Shown here: in pieces, positions 31,860 to 47,980 of the stretch
How the letters are laid out: the number at the start of each line of letters is the position of its first letter
How positions within the stretch are numbered: position 1 is the first letter of the stretch
Source of the DNA: Nitrospirales bacterium
GTDB lineage: Bacteria > Nitrospirota > Nitrospiria > Nitrospirales > UBA8639
Direction of reading: 5' to 3'
Assembly: GCA_965203295.1 (NCBI GenBank)
Contig: CBDBCZ010000019.1
Location: forward strand, 448,001-512,000
Length of the DNA stretch: 64,000 bases
Made by a program: the position numbers and the translations under genes
The notes under the pieces: generated by a model
What the model saw: the letters and a program-made list of their open reading frames with translations, nothing else
The model's database searches: none
What the model was told of the DNA's origin: nothing

Positions 31860-32097
31860 TGGGCGTGGCTGAGGCACAGCGCCGAATCTGACAGTTCGGC
31901 AAGGACTGTCTGAGCAGAGCGAGTACCGCAGCCATATGATTCGGTGCTGTGGCGAAGGGACCTCGAAGAAGACACGCACTGGCGAGAATGGTTTGGGCAC
32001 TTTTGCCGAAACAAAAGTGCCTCGTCGCGCGGGGGCGAAAACCCGCTTATAAATAAATCAAAACTTGGATTCCCGATTAAAAATGTCGGGAATGACG
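31860..32097 (+). repeat. Composite repeat (right flank of low-GC island)
   Basis: CTTTTGCCGAAACAAAAG hairpin, CGGGGGCGAAAACCCG, then GGATTCCCG..CGGGAATGAC palindrome. Confidence 0.65.
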
Positions 32098-32129
32098 GTG
32101 TGAAATTCTATGGTCAACTAACAAACTCT

Positions 32130-32759
32130 TTAAGAAAAATCCTTCCAGTTAGCATAGGGTTTAACTCGATAAATCTCCTCAATAGAATTACCCAACTTCA
32201 CCCCCTGTTCCTCAAGCAATTTAGCAGTCCGCCAGAGTGGCAATCCGACAATCGTGGGGTAATCTCCTTCAATCTTTTCAATTAACCGCGCCCCTTCTCC
32301 TTGAATAGAATATGCGCCAGCTTTCCCCAGACTTTCTTCTGTGTTCAGGTAACGGAGCAGTTCATCGCGATCGAAAGGTTTGATCCAGACGTAAGCCGTT
32401 TCAATGAAAACGACTGAAAAGTCTGTAGATTTTTGAATCAGCGCGATGCCAGTGTGCACCTGGTGGCAACGTCCTCGCAGTTTTCGCAGCATGGTTTCTG
32501 CTTCTATGAGATCTTGGGACTTGCCTAACGGTGTTCCCTCAATTTCGATAAGAGTATCACTGCCTATAACCAGGGCTTGAGGGTGATGATCCGAGATGGA
32601 TTGGGCTTTGTCTCGTGCAAATTGTCTGGCTTGCTCGCTTGGTGAGAGATGGGGTGAAACAATTTCCTCACAGATGGGCGGGATAACGTCAAACATGATT
32701 CCAAGCAACGCGAGTAATTCTCGTCGGCGTGGGGAAGTTGAGGCAAGGATTACTTGCAA
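32130..32759 (-). CDS. maf: Maf family nucleotide pyrophosphatase
   Basis: ILASTSPRRRELL, GSDT, GKAGAYSIQG, IVGLP. Confidence 0.92.
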   Translation of the reverse strand: MQVILASTSPRRRELLALLGIMFDVIPPICEEIVSPHLSPSEQARQFARDKAQSISDHHPQALVIGSDTLIEIEGTPLGKSQDLIEAETMLRKLRGRCHQVHTGIALIQKSTDFSVVFIETAYVWIKPFDRDELLRYLNTEESLGKAGAYSIQGEGARLIEKIEGDYPTIVGLPLWRTAKLLEEQGVKLGNSIEEIYRVKPYANWKDFS

Positions 32760-33922
32760 AGGGAAAATCCCGCTTCTTGAGTCGGGACAGCGTGAGTTGT
32801 CGAGCTAATCTGGGAAGGAGTGTGACCATCCAAGTATTTAGTAAGAATCTGCTCCACATCCTGCGTACAGGTGGTCCTGACCATTTGGGCTCGCATAGCT
32901 GCGGCATGAGGAAATCCCGAACAATACCAAGCTAGGTGCTTTCTCATGCGAGGGAACCTTTCCCTTCCATTCTGTTCTTCGAACAAGCTGGCATGTTCAA
33001 CCATTCTATTGAATCGTTCATGAAGACTGATTCCAGTGGGTGAGTTAAGGAGTAGCTCTTTCCTCTGTGCGGCATGCCGAATGGCAATTTTCTCTTGAAA
33101 TATCCAAGGGTTTCCCAAGGCTCCTCGTCCAATTAAGACTCCATCGACTGCGCTCGAATGGATTCGGTAGATGGCATCTTGAGGCGACCGAATGTCTCCA
33201 TTGCCGAGCGCGAGGATTCCCTTGCCTTGAATGATGCGGGAGGCAAGGCGTATCGCTTCCCAATCAGCCTCTCCTTTGTACATTTGGGCTAATGTCCGTC
33301 CATGAATGGAAATCACCTCTGGGCCCCCTTCCGCCAAACACTCACTCCATTCATCAATAATCACTTTGTCAAAACCTAGCCGGGTTTTTACGGATACAGG
33401 TAGAGCTTGTCGAACACTCGTCGAGATGGGACCTTGTCGCTGGTGTTGCTCCGCATGAGTTTTGCGAATGATTGAGGATTTGACTCCCCCGTCCTTCAAG
33501 GTTTGCCCTTCTGACCAATCCTTAATACCTTCTTTGGTTGAGGCGATGATTTTTAACGCGAGTTCTGGAGTTCGAATCAAACCCGCACCGGAACCTGAGG
33601 CGGCGACGTTTTTTGAAGGACACCCCATGTTGATATCGAGGCCGTCAAAACCCAACTCACAGATGATTTGCGCCGCTTGGTAGAACAGGGCTGGTTCCTT
33701 TCCATACACCTGTGCCACAATGGGCCGCTCAAATTCAGAATACCTGAGTGTTTCAAAGCCCATGCCCTTGCCTAAACAAATATCCCCAACGTTGGTGAAT
33801 TCGGTAAACACGACATCTGGGCGGCCATGAATGGCCACGATTTGCCGAAAAGCTGCATCCGTGACGCCATCCATTGGAGCAAGGCCAACAATGGGGGTAG
33901 GGAGATGCCGCCAAAAACTCAT
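32750..33922 (-). CDS. tRNA-dihydrouridine synthase family protein
   Basis: LAPMDGVTD, DINMGCP, SVKTRLG, IHGRT, GNGDI, IGRGALGNPW. Confidence 0.9.
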   Translation of the reverse strand: MSFWRHLPTPIVGLAPMDGVTDAAFRQIVAIHGRPDVVFTEFTNVGDICLGKGMGFETLRYSEFERPIVAQVYGKEPALFYQAAQIICELGFDGLDINMGCPSKNVAASGSGAGLIRTPELALKIIASTKEGIKDWSEGQTLKDGGVKSSIIRKTHAEQHQRQGPISTSVRQALPVSVKTRLGFDKVIIDEWSECLAEGGPEVISIHGRTLAQMYKGEADWEAIRLASRIIQGKGILALGNGDIRSPQDAIYRIHSSAVDGVLIGRGALGNPWIFQEKIAIRHAAQRKELLLNSPTGISLHERFNRMVEHASLFEEQNGRERFPRMRKHLAWYCSGFPHAAAMRAQMVRTTCTQDVEQILTKYLDGHTPSQISSTTHAVPTQEAGFSLCK

Positions 33923-34141
33923 CTTGGGATCCTCTGATGCGTTCGTTTTTTTCTGTTCATGAATAGATACGGACTTTATCCATTTTACTGAAAAGTCATT
34001 GGTCTAAGGTCCAACATGATACAATATCACGGGAAATAAAAAGAAATACAAATGTGCGTTTGCTATAGAGGAGAAGTCGATTCAAACTTCTTTTACGATT
34101 TTGTTCGAAGCAAAGCACCAATCGACTGATCGGATACACCT

Positions 34142-35200
34142 ATGCCTTCATCAAAAGTAGAGCAATATTTACAACTGATTGACAAAGTCAAAGACTTAAT
34201 AGCTCAGCATAACGGTGAACCCAAGACGCTCTTCCTTCAGGAAATGTTAGTGGGGGTGCTGAAATTTTATGACACCCCTTTAGATGTCTTGGATGTGAAG
34301 ATTTTGAATCGGGCTATAAAAGAACTTCGCTACGCCTTTCAAGTTTTTCACCCTTATCGACATTGTCCTAAGGTGAGCATTTTTGGGTCAGCTCGAACGT
34401 CCCCAGAAGACCCTGATTTTCAATTAGCCTATCGCTTTGGACGATTGTTAAGTCAAAAGGGTTTTATGGTGATCACTGGAGTTGGCGACGGCATCATGTG
34501 GGCTGGTCACAAAGGGGCTGGAAAAGAAAAGAGCTTTGGGGTCAATATCATGCTTCTTTTCGAACAAGCCCCCAATTCCACCATCATCGATGATCCCAAA
34601 TTGGTGAACCTCAAATACCTTTTTACTCGGAAGCTTTTGTTTGTCCGAGAATCCCATGCAACGGCTCTTTTCCCTGGAGGATTTGGAACTCTTGACGAAG
34701 CTTTTGAGGTGTTAACGCTTATTCAAACGGGGAAAACTGATCCAACGCCTGTTCTGTGTTTACAAGCCCCGGAATCGGACTATTGGAATAGGTGGTTAGA
34801 TTTTGTGACTGGACAACTTCTACCCCGGAAATTGATTTGTGACTCTGATCTTCACTTATTTAAGATTTTTGACGATGAAGCGGCTGCTGTCGAGGAAATC
34901 CAAAATTTTTATCGAAATTTTCATTCCATCCGATTTGTGGAAGACAATCTCCTTATCAGGCTTAAAGCCCCGCTGACTCCCGAGGAATTGGTGTACGCCA
35001 ACTCGGAGTTTTTGGATCTTCTCGTCGATGGCGTGATGACCTAGCAAGGGCCCTTTCCCGAAGAACACGATGAACCAGAATTAGAGAACCTCACCAGACT
35101 GGCTTTTCACTATAATCGTCGAAGCGCCGGGCGGCTCCGACAACTGATTGATTGGCTGAATTCCGTTCAATCGTGCAAACACGAATCTGCAAGCTGGTAA
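34142..35200 (+). pseudogene. LOG family (TIGR00730-like) protein with in-frame TAG at 35042-35044
   Basis: VSIFGSART, FPGGFGTLDE; the conserved tail RLAFHYNRRSAGRLRQLIDWLN continues in frame after the stop. Confidence 0.75.
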
Positions 35201-35300
35201 TCCTCGCTTTCGTTCACACAAAATTCTGGTTTGGAGTCAAGAGAACGGGTCTAGGGCTTTGTCTTAAGAAATAATCATGTTATTGTCAGGTACATAGGCT

Positions 35301-36170
35301 ATGGAAATTATGGATCGTCTGAAAACACCAATGTTCACGAAGAGCATCCCTTCACTCCAGGTGGTCCTCTATCATGCTGATTGCCCCGATGGTTTTGGAG
35401 CTGCCTGGGCCTTATGGAAGCGTTTCCCTCAAGCTACGTTCATCCCGGTGAAGCATGGAAAGGAACCACCGGCAGGCTTACAGGGCCAACATGTCATGAT
35501 GGTCGATTTCAGTTATCCAAGAGACATCATCGAAGGATTAGCTGATCGCGCAGCCAGCCTTCACATTTTAGATCATCATATTACGGCTCAACAGGCACTC
35601 TCAGGGCTCCCCTATGCCTATTTTGAAATGAATAAGAGTGGTGCCGTCTTGGCTTGGGAGTGGGCTCATGCGGAGCCGGTCCCCTGGCTTTTGCAGTATA
35701 TTCAAGATAAAGATCTGTGGACCTGGAAACTTCCGAATAGCCGCGAAATCAATGCGGCGTTGGCTTCTTATCCCTATGACTTTGAAGCCTGGAACAGCCT
35801 TAAACAGGATGTGCTCGAGGTCGAAGGAAGGGCCATTCTTCGGTATGAAAGTGCCCTGATTGGCAATATTGTGAGTGAAGCTGTGTTCGTGTCCTTTGAA
35901 GGAGAGGTTGTGCCTGCTGTCTACAGTCCAGTCCTCAACAGCCAGATCGGGGAACGTTTCTGTCAGGATTACCCATTTTGCATCATTTGGCACCAAAAGG
36001 ATGGACGACGGTATTTCAGTTTGCGCTCTCGTCGCGGTACAGATGTATCGGCTATTGCTACCAAGTATAGTGGAGGCGGGCATCTCAACGCAGCAGGATT
36101 CTCGATCTCCTTAGATTCAGAGATGGATCTCCGCTTAAACCCTCTGAGTGGGTTAATACTCCCAACATAA
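35301..36170 (+). CDS. DHH/DHHA1 phosphoesterase
   Basis: YHADCPDG, VDFS, LDHH, FSLRS, GGGH. Confidence 0.85.
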   Translation: MEIMDRLKTPMFTKSIPSLQVVLYHADCPDGFGAAWALWKRFPQATFIPVKHGKEPPAGLQGQHVMMVDFSYPRDIIEGLADRAASLHILDHHITAQQALSGLPYAYFEMNKSGAVLAWEWAHAEPVPWLLQYIQDKDLWTWKLPNSREINAALASYPYDFEAWNSLKQDVLEVEGRAILRYESALIGNIVSEAVFVSFEGEVVPAVYSPVLNSQIGERFCQDYPFCIIWHQKDGRRYFSLRSRRGTDVSAIATKYSGGGHLNAAGFSISLDSEMDLRLNPLSGLILPT

Positions 36171-36212
36171 ACTGCCTGGCTCCCTCCCCTTCGAAGTCCA
36201 AAAGGCTCAACC

Positions 36213-36932
36213 ATGATTCCGCTTCACGATGACAACCCAACGGAAATCACCCCGTTTGTGACCATTGCATTTATTGCTGGTTGTATACTGGTCTTTCTCA
36301 ACCAAGTTTCGTTATCAAACCAGATGGGGGAATTGTTTGTGTACAAATATGGGGCTATCCCAGCCGTGGTTTTCGGCTATGCTGAATTGCCCGCAGAATT
36401 TGTGGCTCTTCCTGCCTATTGGACCTTAGTCAGCAGTATGTTTCTTCATGGTGGGTGGATGCACTTGATAGGGAATATGCTCTACCTTTGGATATTTGGA
36501 AATAATATTGAAGATGTCATGGGACATGTGAAATTCATCGTGTTTTACATGGCATGTGGAATATTGGCTGCATTAAGCCATGCCTTAATCGACACCAATT
36601 CCACTGTTCCAATGGTCGGAGCCAGCGGTGCGATATCAGGAGTTCTTGGAGCTTATCTGTTGCTCTTTCCTCGTGCTCAGGTGCTAGTGCTCATTCCCTT
36701 GGGATTTTTTACGCGAATGATGTACATTCCCGCATGGATCGTGTTGGGCCTATGGTTTGTCCTGCAAGTTCTCAGCGGCGGAATGAGCTTGGGACGCGAG
36801 GGAGGAGGGGTGGCCTTTTTTGCGCATATTGGGGGGTTTGTCGCGGGAATAGGTCTTATTGGGTTGCTTAAGAATCCTCAGGTTCGCTTTCTTAATCCAC
36901 CTCATTCGCACCCGCGATCGTGGGATTGGTGA
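36213..36932 (+). CDS. Rhomboid family intramembrane serine protease
   Basis: FLHGGWMHLIGNM, GASGAISG, AHIGGF. Confidence 0.92.
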   Translation: MIPLHDDNPTEITPFVTIAFIAGCILVFLNQVSLSNQMGELFVYKYGAIPAVVFGYAELPAEFVALPAYWTLVSSMFLHGGWMHLIGNMLYLWIFGNNIEDVMGHVKFIVFYMACGILAALSHALIDTNSTVPMVGASGAISGVLGAYLLLFPRAQVLVLIPLGFFTRMMYIPAWIVLGLWFVLQVLSGGMSLGREGGGVAFFAHIGGFVAGIGLIGLLKNPQVRFLNPPHSHPRSWDW

Positions 36933-37010
36933 TGGATCAACGCAGGAATACATAGCAAGAGCTACAAATCATTTTATTTATCGCGCAATCAATTTTTATT
37001 CCTATAAGTC

Positions 37011-37072
37011 TTGACAAGCATAGGGGAATGAGATATTTTTCTCACGTTTCGTGAAGACCTGTTCTTTGAAAA
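37011..37072 (+). promoter_or_regulatory. rRNA operon sigma70 promoter and boxA
   Basis: TTGACA-17bp-TATTTT with AT-rich upstream region; TGTTCTTTGAAAA at about 37060, recurring at 39061. Confidence 0.7.
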
Positions 37073-37145
37073 TTGAATAACCGTAAGAACGGTATCAAAG
37101 TGTATTGAAGTGGCGGCCCTTAAAAGAGTTAATTAAAAGAGTTAA

Positions 37146-38690
<1,545 letters not shown>

Positions 38691-38768
38691 CATAGCTCCT
38701 CAAGAAGCAAATTTACAGGGCCGCCACTTAAATGCACCGTTCTTGATGTTCTTTGTGGCCAATGTGCT

Positions 38769-38845
<77 letters not shown>

Positions 38846-38927
38846 TCTGAGTGGCTGAGCGGTAACTCAGCAGACAAGCTCAGCTGAGAAACATGAATAT
38901 CTATCAGCACCATTCAATTGAGAATGA

Positions 38928-39003
38928 GGGGCTGTAGCTCAGTTGGGAGAGCGCCTGCTTTGCAAGCAGGGTGTCGGCGGTTCGAGTCCGCTCAGCTCCA
39001 CCA
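38928..39003 (+). tRNA. tRNA-Ala(TGC)
   Basis: GGGGCTGTAGCTCAG...TTTGCAA...CTCCACCA. Confidence 0.97.
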
Positions 39004-39119
39004 GTTCTGATCTCAACTACAGATTTTCGTGAGTCTGTTTCTGTGATGGGCTTTCACGAATGTTCTTTGACAATTAAATAGACCATAATCAAAGGTCATG
39101 TGTATCAGGAGCAAATATT

Positions 39120-42417
<3,298 letters not shown>

Positions 42418-42461
42418 TTAATATTGCTCCTGATAGACGTGACCTTCGAAAATTCAAGAGT

Positions 42462-42579
<118 letters not shown>

Positions 42580-42586
42580 TATTTCA

Positions 42587-42619
42587 GAGCCCGCTGATCT
42601 TGAGATCAGCGGGCTCTTT
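42587..42619 (+). terminator. rRNA operon terminator
   Basis: AGAGCCCGCTGATCT-TG-AGATCAGCGGGCTCT-TT. Confidence 0.8.
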
Positions 42620-43182
42620 ATCTTGCGAGAGAAGCGGCGAAATGATCGAGAGAGTATTGTGGTGTACCCATAGGTGAAATGGCTCTCTCTCCGAACATAT
42701 GACAAGGAGGATGGATTTTACTCGATAGGTGCCGCGTTGTCTCCTATAAGTGGGTCTATTTGGCCATTCGTCCTGCCAATACAATGGGATTTCAGCTGAA
42801 AATCATTGAGGCAGGATTAGGAAGTAAGAAACGACTGAGACGTATGGCAGGCTAGACCGTGAAGATGATTGGATGGCAATCTGATCAAGTCATGAGGAAA
42901 CACTATGGCTGCGAGAAGGCCGTAGTCTTTGCAGAGGAAGAGGATTGTGGTATCGTTTGGCTCGAGACTATGGGCTGCGGCAAGCTGGTCATTGGATAAA
43001 CTAAAGATGTGTGCGAGGAACTGTCGTTTCAATCGATGAACGAGTCTGGGGTCCCTTTGCCTCATCCGAAGGATTATGTTAACGAGGCATATCAAGCATG
43101 AGAGCAAAGTCGAGATTGCGGCTAAGGCTTAGCTAAAGTAGGCCCACACCTCGACTTTCATCTCAGCATTCAACTGGATTGT

Positions 43183-44190
43183 ATGAAGCGAGCTTTAATC
43201 ACAGGGATCACGGGTCAGGATGGATCGTACTTGGCAGAACTCCTGCTCGAAAAGGGGTATGAGGTACACGGTATAGTTCGTCGCGTAGCCATCGAAGATC
43301 CTATGTATCGTTTCTGGCGCATTCTGCATATCAAGGACCAAGTGAATCTCCATGCGGCTTCACTCGAGAGTTTCCCAAGCATTTACAGGGTCTTTCAAAC
43401 GGTCAAGCCAGACGAATGTTACCACCTTGCCGCTCAGAGTTTTGTGGCGAACTCATTTGATGACGAATTCTCGACACTCAATGCTAACGTGACTGGGACG
43501 CACTTTGTGTTAAGCGCCTTAAGGGACTGCGTTCCTGATTGCCGATTCTATTTCGCGGCATCAAGCGAAATGTTTGGCAAGGTCGCGGAGATTCCGCAGA
43601 CGGAACGCACCAGCTTTCATCCCCGCTCAGCGTATGGCATCTCCAAGGTGACCGGCTTTCATTTAACCACGAACTATCGCGAAGCCTACGGAATTAAAGC
43701 GACTTCTGGCATCCTGTATAATCATGAATCGCCGCGGCGTGGATTTGAATTCGTGACGAGAAAAATCACGTCCCACGCCGTGCGCATCAAGTTAGGCCTT
43801 GCCAAGCAATTGCGACTCGGAAATCTTGACGCCAAGCGAGATTGGGGGCATGCAGCGGATTACATCTATGCGATGTGGCTCATACTGCAACAGGAAGAGC
43901 CAGAGGACTATGTGATCTCGACGGGAGAGCAACACACCGTTCGAGAATTTACCGAAGCGGCTTTTGCCCATCTAGGGTTAGACTATCGCGAGTATGTGGT
44001 CGTAGACCAACAATTCCTAAGGCCTGCCGATGTGGAGACCCTTCTAGGTGATGCGACCAAGGCAAAGCAAACTCTAGGCTGGTCGTGCAAGACCACTTTT
44101 AAGGAATTGGTCAAAGAAATGGTCGAAGCAGATCTCAAACTTTTTCAGGAAGCCCGGCAACCTCAGCCTTTGCGCAGGTCCAGATTGTAG
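43183..44190 (+). CDS. gmd: GDP-mannose 4,6-dehydratase
   Basis: ALITGITGQDGSYLAE, LAAQSFV, YGISK, NHESPRRGFEFVTRKI, RDWGHA. Confidence 0.96.
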   Translation: MKRALITGITGQDGSYLAELLLEKGYEVHGIVRRVAIEDPMYRFWRILHIKDQVNLHAASLESFPSIYRVFQTVKPDECYHLAAQSFVANSFDDEFSTLNANVTGTHFVLSALRDCVPDCRFYFAASSEMFGKVAEIPQTERTSFHPRSAYGISKVTGFHLTTNYREAYGIKATSGILYNHESPRRGFEFVTRKITSHAVRIKLGLAKQLRLGNLDAKRDWGHAADYIYAMWLILQQEEPEDYVISTGEQHTVREFTEAAFAHLGLDYREYVVVDQQFLRPADVETLLGDATKAKQTLGWSCKTTFKELVKEMVEADLKLFQEARQPQPLRRSRL

Positions 44191-45076
44191 ATGCCAGCGT
44201 CCACGCGCGTGAGATGTACTCAAAAATTTAAAAGTGATTAGAAAACATGAGTCGGTGGAATTCGTAACCCGCCTTTATCCTGTCATCCACAAGGTTGTCT
44301 GTAAGCAATTACAATATCTGTATGACAAGTTGATGGTCGACGATCCCTTATCTATCAATATCTATCAATGCCGATGTTGGCAAGGGTCAGACAAGTTCCG
44401 ATCATCTCTCATTCGCAAGACATTTTCAGATTTGAGTAGCTGCTCTGATCGAGTAGCCAATAAGGTCTAACGTTTCATGCTCAGGCCGGGCTTGACGGAT
44501 GCCATGGATCAGATATTTCTACTTAGGGCTGAGATTATAGAGAAGGATCCAGAAATGTGTGAGACCTATAGAAGGCGGTGAGTATGGATAAAAGGAATAA
44601 CAGGGTTTGTCTATACCGGATACGGCCTAAAATGCGAGTGGGTTCTAGAGTTTGATCATCAAATCTGTAAGATCAGCTTTGAAGAGCAACCTTCCTAATT
44701 CAAGTCTCGTTCTGCGGAGAAGGGGCTGTATGTCTACTATAGCAAGGTAGTGGAAATTGCCAGATCAGATTGTCCATCAGCGCGCGTGCAACCGGAAATC
44801 ACAGAAATCAATAAGCCCATAGAGAGCACGACCTGTCAAGGTCCTGCCGATTTATGGAAGCATGACGTGGCTTGTTACTAAATCGGTTGAATCATTGCTC
44901 AAAGCCTTACAGTCCATTGGTAAAATATCAGGGGCTCAAAGTTGACTGGCCATCCAAAGGAGAACGTCTTACCGCCCAGAAGAGAGCGTATCAGCTACGC
45001 CTTAGCACCTTTGCCATGTTTTATTGGCATAGGATGACTATCACTTCTTATTCGACGCAGCTAGCCAATTGTCCCT

Positions 45077-45931
45077 ATGACCAATATCAACAACAGGCGA
45101 GACTGCGGTGCAGCCAAGAACTCGGGTACGCTGCCCTTTGAAGTCTTTAGAAGTTTTTGGCACCATCGAGATTTGATCGTCCAGATGACCAAGAGGGAAG
45201 TCATAGGGCGTTACCGTGGGTCGGTGCTGGGGTTACTGTGGTCATTTTTTCACCCAATCCTCATACTCGCCGTGTATACGTTTGTCTTCAGCGTGGTTTT
45301 CAAAGCGCGTTGGGGCATGGGATCTGAGAGTAAAACCGAATTTGCGCTGCTTTTGTTTGCTGGATTGATCGTTCATGCGTTCTTTGCCGAATGCGCCAAC
45401 CGTGCCACAACCCTCATGGTGGGCAATGCCAACTATGTCAAGAAAGTCGTGTTCCCGCTGGAAATCCTGCCCTGGGTCTCACTGGGGTCAGCGCTGTTTC
45501 ATGCCGGGGTCAGTGTAGTCGTGCTGGTACTGTTTTATGTGACCATGAATCTCTCTGTAAATTGGACTGTGCTTCTGTTGCCGATCGTGCTGTTTCCACT
45601 TGCGCTCTTGACCATCGGCGTCTCGTGGTTCCTGGCCTCTATCGGCGTCTATTTGCGCGATGTGGGACATACGATTGGGATTGTCACCACTGTCATGTTG
45701 TTTCTCAGCCCCGTGCTGTATCCTGTGTCGGCATTACCGGACAAGTATCAAATCCTGCTCTACATCAACCCGCTGACTTTCATCATTGAGCAGGCTCGTC
45801 ATCTGCTGATCTGGGGCAATCTCCCCTCTTGGGGAGGTCTAGGCGCGTATACAGTTTTCAGTCTCATTGCGGCATGGCTGGGGTTGTTCTGGTTTCAAAA
45901 GACACGTAAAGGGTTTGCCGATGTCCTCTGA
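45077..45931 (+). CDS. wzm: ABC-2 polysaccharide export permease
   Basis: RYRGSVLGLLWSF, NYVKKVVFPLE, RKGFADVL. Confidence 0.92.
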   Translation: MTNINNRRDCGAAKNSGTLPFEVFRSFWHHRDLIVQMTKREVIGRYRGSVLGLLWSFFHPILILAVYTFVFSVVFKARWGMGSESKTEFALLLFAGLIVHAFFAECANRATTLMVGNANYVKKVVFPLEILPWVSLGSALFHAGVSVVVLVLFYVTMNLSVNWTVLLLPIVLFPLALLTIGVSWFLASIGVYLRDVGHTIGIVTTVMLFLSPVLYPVSALPDKYQILLYINPLTFIIEQARHLLIWGNLPSWGGLGAYTVFSLIAAWLGLFWFQKTRKGFADVL

Positions 45932-47642
45932 CATCGTCATTCGAGTCAAAAATCTCAGCAAGTGCTATCACATTTATGACAAGCCAAGGGACCGGTTGCT
46001 CCAAAGCCTCTTCCGCGGGAAAAAACAATTTTACCGAGCATTCTGGGCGCTGAAGGATATTTCCTTTGAAGTAGAAAAAGGCGAGACCGTTGGGATCGTC
46101 GGGCGTAATGGGTCCGGCAAGTCTACCCTCTTGCAGATGATTGCTGGGACTCTGACGCCAACCGGTGGTGACCTGATGGTGAATGGCCGAGTCGCCGCCT
46201 TGCTGGAATTGGGCGCAGGCTTCAATCCCGAGTTCACCGGGCGGGAGAATATCTTTATGAATGCCGCAATCCTCGGTTTTACAAGGGAAGAGATCGAACA
46301 GCGGTACCAGGCCATCGCAGCCTTTGCAGATATTGGGGACTTTATTGAGCAGCCGGTAAAAGTCTATTCGAGCGGGATGGTGATGAGGCTGGCGTTTGCC
46401 GTGCAGGCACATGTCGAGCCAGAAATCTTGATTGTGGACGAAGCGTTGGCGGTTGGAGATGTGAACTTTCAGCACAAGTGCATGCGGTGCATGAAGCAGC
46501 TGCTTGAATGTGGCACAACAGTGCTGTTCGTGTCGCACGCTCTGAGTGATGTAAAACGGTTGTGCCAAAGGGCACTTTGGTTGGAAAGCGGGTGCGCTCG
46601 GTTCTTCGGTGAAGCGGGGCTAGCTGTTGAACAGTATCTTGCCTTTATGCGGATGCGCGAAAGGGGTGGAGAAGCGGAGATACCTCAAGGTACTGAACAA
46701 GAGGAAAAAACGGTAACCGCTGCTCATGAATCGGCCGTGCCAATAGATCTTGCCACCCTCCTCATCCCGATAAGAGGCGAGATTGACCTGAGGGAAGACA
46801 GGTTGTTTTTACAGGGCCGTTGGAATTGGACCCTGATGCCCCACACGCCGCTTCTCATTCGTCGTTGCGACGATATCAATGCACTGGCTGGGTTCCAGTT
46901 CTATGGCAATCGCCTAGAACTCCTCTTCTTGCGAGGGCCTTTGAGCGACGCTGTACGGGTGACGATTGATGATTGTGAGAGATTGGTGGAGCTGTTTCAC
47001 CCAACGGAGACATCTCTTGAAAAAGTGAGTTTTGAGCTACCCGTGAGTAGCCATACTGTTCTCTTGACCCGTGCCGACAAACCACAGTTCTCAAAAACGA
47101 GTATATGGTGGATGGGTGGGCGGACGATCCACTCCGTCCCCCTGACCTTTCGGAGCGATCCCTTGTGGCGGCAGAAGTTAGGGGAGACATTGATATATGG
47201 GAATGGTAAGGCACGGTTGACTGCCGTGGAATTATTAGACTATGTGAGTGAGGAACCAGTGACGGAAGTCTCTTTTGGGCAACGGGTTCGCCTGCGGTTG
47301 CATGCGGAGCGGTTACAAGTTGCAGGGCCTCGGTTAGAGTTTTCCTTCATTGTCCGTGACCGAAATCGAATAGACCTCTTTGGCACTACAACAATCGATG
47401 AAGGGATTCGATTAGATGCCAATGCGCGTCGTTATGTGGTGGAGTTTGTTTTTACTGTGAAGCTGGGACCGGGATCGTATTCTATTCTGACGGCCTTTGT
47501 AGAGTGCTCTGAAGACCTCACTCAGATGGTGCCAATGGAGCAAATAGATTTGGCTTGGATTTTCACCACACAGTTCAATCCCAATCGGCCTGTCTGGTAT
47601 GCTTTTCATGAGCCTGTCATTGTCCAGACGCTTGTGGAGTGA
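45921..47642 (+). CDS. wzt: Polysaccharide ABC exporter ATPase with inserted beta-sandwich and Wzt_C domain
   Basis: GRNGSGKST, YSSGMVMRLAF, IVDEALAVGD; ATG overlaps the wzm end. Confidence 0.92.
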   Translation: MSSDIVIRVKNLSKCYHIYDKPRDRLLQSLFRGKKQFYRAFWALKDISFEVEKGETVGIVGRNGSGKSTLLQMIAGTLTPTGGDLMVNGRVAALLELGAGFNPEFTGRENIFMNAAILGFTREEIEQRYQAIAAFADIGDFIEQPVKVYSSGMVMRLAFAVQAHVEPEILIVDEALAVGDVNFQHKCMRCMKQLLECGTTVLFVSHALSDVKRLCQRALWLESGCARFFGEAGLAVEQYLAFMRMRERGGEAEIPQGTEQEEKTVTAAHESAVPIDLATLLIPIRGEIDLREDRLFLQGRWNWTLMPHTPLLIRRCDDINALAGFQFYGNRLELLFLRGPLSDAVRVTIDDCERLVELFHPTETSLEKVSFELPVSSHTVLLTRADKPQFSKTSIWWMGGRTIHSVPLTFRSDPLWRQKLGETLIYGNGKARLTAVELLDYVSEEPVTEVSFGQRVRLRLHAERLQVAGPRLEFSFIVRDRNRIDLFGTTTIDEGIRLDANARRYVVEFVFTVKLGPGSYSILTAFVECSEDLTQMVPMEQIDLAWIFTTQFNPNRPVWYAFHEPVIVQTLVE

Positions 47643-47711
47643 AAAGCTTTCTTTGGACTGTTATCAGATTGGTCCAACAGTGGCAGGTTTTAACCCCCGA
47701 ACAGGGCCATT

Positions 47712-47880
47712 AATGAGGCAACAGCGACCATTTCTATCTCCCTATACGCGTGTCCTTGACGCTGGCTGTGCTGCGGGAGCGATGGCGATTGAGCTGGTGA
47801 AGGCGAGTGTGCAATAAGTGGATGCAGTGGACGTTTCTCCGATGGCTCTGCGGGTTGATCGAGACAACACGACTGATTGA
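47712..47880 (+). pseudogene. SAM methyltransferase fragment
   Basis: RVLDAGCAAGAMAIEL..Q*VDAVDVSPMAL (motif I and post-I, with internal TAA). Confidence 0.55.
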
Positions 47881-47980
47881 TATGGATCTTGCCCGCAACG
47901 AGAAAGAATGGTGAACGTTCCATTCGTCCTGCGTTCACCTATGACGATACCAACGAACGAAGGAATAAAGAGGAAATGTT

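Noticed and set aside
42620..45070. Long non-coding stretches on either side of gmd, and a possible JUMPstart/ops element
   Set aside because: No exact GGCGGTAG and no recognisable ORF or RNA structure; probably decayed genes, but I cannot support a call
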